From Selaginella moellendorffii (Eukaryota > Plantae > Lycopodiophyta), in assembly GCF_000143415.4 (NCBI RefSeq), contig NW_003314309.1, positions 1,115,199-1,179,198 on the forward strand: a stretch of DNA of 64,000 nt. The letters run 5' to 3'. The first letter of the stretch is position 1, and the number at the start of each line of letters is the position of its first letter. A program made the position numbers and the translations under genes. Positions 61,770 through 64,000 of this stretch are shown here, in pieces. Under the pieces are notes generated by a model, which saw only the letters and a program-made list of their open reading frames with translations, was not told the origin of the DNA and did no database searches.

Positions 61770-62423
61770 ATGGCTCTCTTCAATTCCCAAGCTGTTTTGT
61801 TAGTTTTGCTTGCATTCTTTGTTTTCTCAGTAGTTTCATCGGACCCAGATCCACTCCAAGACTTTTGCATTGGAGATCTCAGCGTTGTCCCGGGCATCAA
61901 TGGATTCCCATGCAGGAACCCATCAACAGTCACAGTAGATGATTTCATCTACAGCGGAATCGTCAACTCCTCTAACACCACAAACATCAATCGCTCCGGC
62001 GCCATCTTTGGAACAGCACTGAGGTTTCCTGGTCTCAACACTTTGGGTCTCTCCATCGCCAGGCTCGACTTCCTTCCCGGAGGAATCATTCCCCCACACA
62101 CCCATCCCAGAGCCTCGGAGATGGTCTACGTAGAAGAAGGGAGCGTCTACGCTGCCATTGTCACCGCGGACAATCGTTTGTTTGCTCGAGTGATGAACAG
62201 AGGCGAAGTTATGGTGATTCCCCGAGGATTGATTCACTGGCAGATGAACGTTGGAAGAACAAATGCGAAGATCATTGCCACTCTCAACTCCCAATTTCCT
62301 GGAATTCAATTTATTGGATCTTCCTTTTTTGGGTCTCGACCCCAAATCCCAAATGAGGTGCTCGAGAAGACTTTCTTCTTGGACGAGAACACAATCAATC
62401 ATGTCCGATCCAACTTTATGTAA
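61770..62423 (+). CDS. Germin-like protein (cupin), intact, 217 aa
   Basis: MALFNSQAVLL signal, DPDPLQDFC, PPHTHPRASE, HWQMN; TATAAATA at ~61685. Confidence 0.95.
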   Translation: MALFNSQAVLLVLLAFFVFSVVSSDPDPLQDFCIGDLSVVPGINGFPCRNPSTVTVDDFIYSGIVNSSNTTNINRSGAIFGTALRFPGLNTLGLSIARLDFLPGGIIPPHTHPRASEMVYVEEGSVYAAIVTADNRLFARVMNRGEVMVIPRGLIHWQMNVGRTNAKIIATLNSQFPGIQFIGSSFFGSRPQIPNEVLEKTFFLDENTINHVRSNFM

Positions 62424-62889
62424 AAATATTCATTTTTCTTTATAAAAGAAAAAATTTCAAGTCTTGAAATCGTAAGAGCAGGTTGCCCAGCATTTGCTGG
62501 CCAATTTCTTTCCAAGACAAAAACTATAAATTTCCTTTCAGAGAAGATCACAGGCAACAAATTTCAGATCGTATAATTTCTGTTGGAAGCCTCATTCTCT
62601 TCGCATAGAGGCTATGAGCCGTACTTTGAGTGATTGTATATCCACAAAGATCAATCATAAACTTTGGAGTAGGCAAAGATCATTGTCGAGCTACTTTGAC
62701 CTGATCATGGATTCTTTTCTTTGTATTAAGACTTTCAGCTCATTAAACTCCTCGATTTAAAACAAAATCAAACACTTCAGCGTCATTACCAAGTTTGACT
62801 GCCGAAGTTATTGATTAAAATTCTTTACATGGTCGGCGACCAAAATCGTGTTTCACGTTAGCCATCCATGAAAAAAAACTCTCAGCAAA

Positions 62890-63113
62890 GTTTCCAGTTA
62901 TAAAAGCTGGAGTGCTTGGACAGCCAGAGCATTCAGCTTTTATTCAGCCAAGCACACGCATTTCACGTGTGTTTGGCACATGGGAGGGATGAATGGAGGA
63001 AATTCAGTTTATTCCAGCGTCCATGTTCGGTTCCAGTCCCGGCTGAGGTGCTCAAGAAGACCTTTATTTTGGATGAGAGGACCATCGAGCAAGTGCGATC
63101 CAAGTTCATTTGA
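62890..63113 (+). pseudogene. Internally deleted remnant of the 41821 GLP paralogue
   Basis: Keeps the TATA region (GTTATAAAAGCTGGAGTGCTTGGACAGCC) and the C-terminus EVLKKTFILDERTIEQVRSKF; most of the CDS is missing. Confidence 0.85.
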
Positions 63114-63224
63114 ATTTATTTAATATCTTCAAACTTAAAATGAAATCTAATTATTGAGCTTCCAGACCGTAAATCGTTGAGCAGAACTTGGTTGATTCGT
63201 CACAGAAGAAGATTTTGCGTGGAT

Positions 63225-64000
63225 TCATTTCTGGAAGTGAAGGGATGTGAGCAGGGTGCTCTGCTCCACATTGGACATGCGAGCATACAGGACCTGCTCG
63301 TTGACTTGGAGAAGATTAATGAGGTGAATGCACACCATGATTCCATCTCCAACAAGCTCGGAGCTTGTGTCGCCGAACTCGATCTGAAGCAGGATGTTAT
63401 GCGCACCAATGTCGTTGCTCACGTTGTCCGGATCTCGCCATGTCCCCGAGACGCCCACCTCGGTCACCGCCTTAAAAGCAAAACGCAGATCAAGTCGAAC
63501 TTAAAACATTCATAGACTAACCTGGAAGAAGTTGAAAGCGTATGCTTTCTTCTGTGGAACTGTGAGAGAAAGAAGCTCTCTTTGATCTCTGTCAAGGTTC
63601 ACGCTGCTCTCTGCGTCTCCAAACAGCAGAGCCCACAGCATATCCTTTGCATTTTCGAGCAGCATCTTCCCGGATTCCGTTCTGTGTTCATCTGAGATAG
63701 CGGCAAGGCCTTGGCCTGGTGCATCTTTGGTAAGATACCCCCTTGCTTTACCAAAACATTCCTCTGGCACTTGGGCCATTTTTCCTTGACCCATCCCAGG
63801 AGCATTTCCTCACTGATGCCCCCGCTCTGCTTGAGCCGCGAGATTATGTCCGACTGTGCATCTCCTACGATCTTAGAGACCTTCTCATTCGATGCCTTAC
63901 CGATTTGGCTATCCCTGTGCTTCAAAATGCTGATCCTGTCGCTTGCATTTTTGACACCGATGCTTTTGAGCAGATCATGGTTGAAGTCTGGGATGTGCTC
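63225..64000 (-). CDS. 3' part of an uncharacterised gene that continues beyond the window
   Basis: Same coding segments as 42577-43336, with an intron at ~63471-63520; continues past the point where the first copy is cut. Confidence 0.6.

Overview
Eukaryotic plant genomic DNA. Very short introns, tight gene spacing and intronless PLS-class PPR genes built from 31-aa repeats point to a lycophyte such as Selaginella (inference). Layout: (i) 1-13.2 kb is decayed transposon debris (an LTR with an internal GGACTC satellite, Ty3/gypsy fragments, an L1-type LINE, a chimeric PPR pseudogene). (ii) 14-38 kb is a compact gene block (two E-type PPR genes, MOB1, UPF2, an ASFT/HHT-like BAHD acyltransferase, a coiled-coil gene, a GH95 alpha-fucosidase) that also holds an internally deleted hAT element with a perfect 8-bp TSD. 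(iii) 39.7-64 kb is a tandemly duplicated defence-like module (MiAMP1-type peptide fused to a Pro-rich tail, several germin-like genes, an unknown gene). The two copies are separated by an old chromovirus LTR retrotransposon (45021-59883) with three nested insertions: a young pol-less Gag-only LTR element carrying an extra F-box-like ORF, a 1.65-kb solo LTR, and a 194-bp Cassandra-like solo LTR containing a 5S rRNA promoter segment. The two chromovirus LTRs also differ by a clean ~157-bp inversion. All calls were made by eye; no database searches were run.
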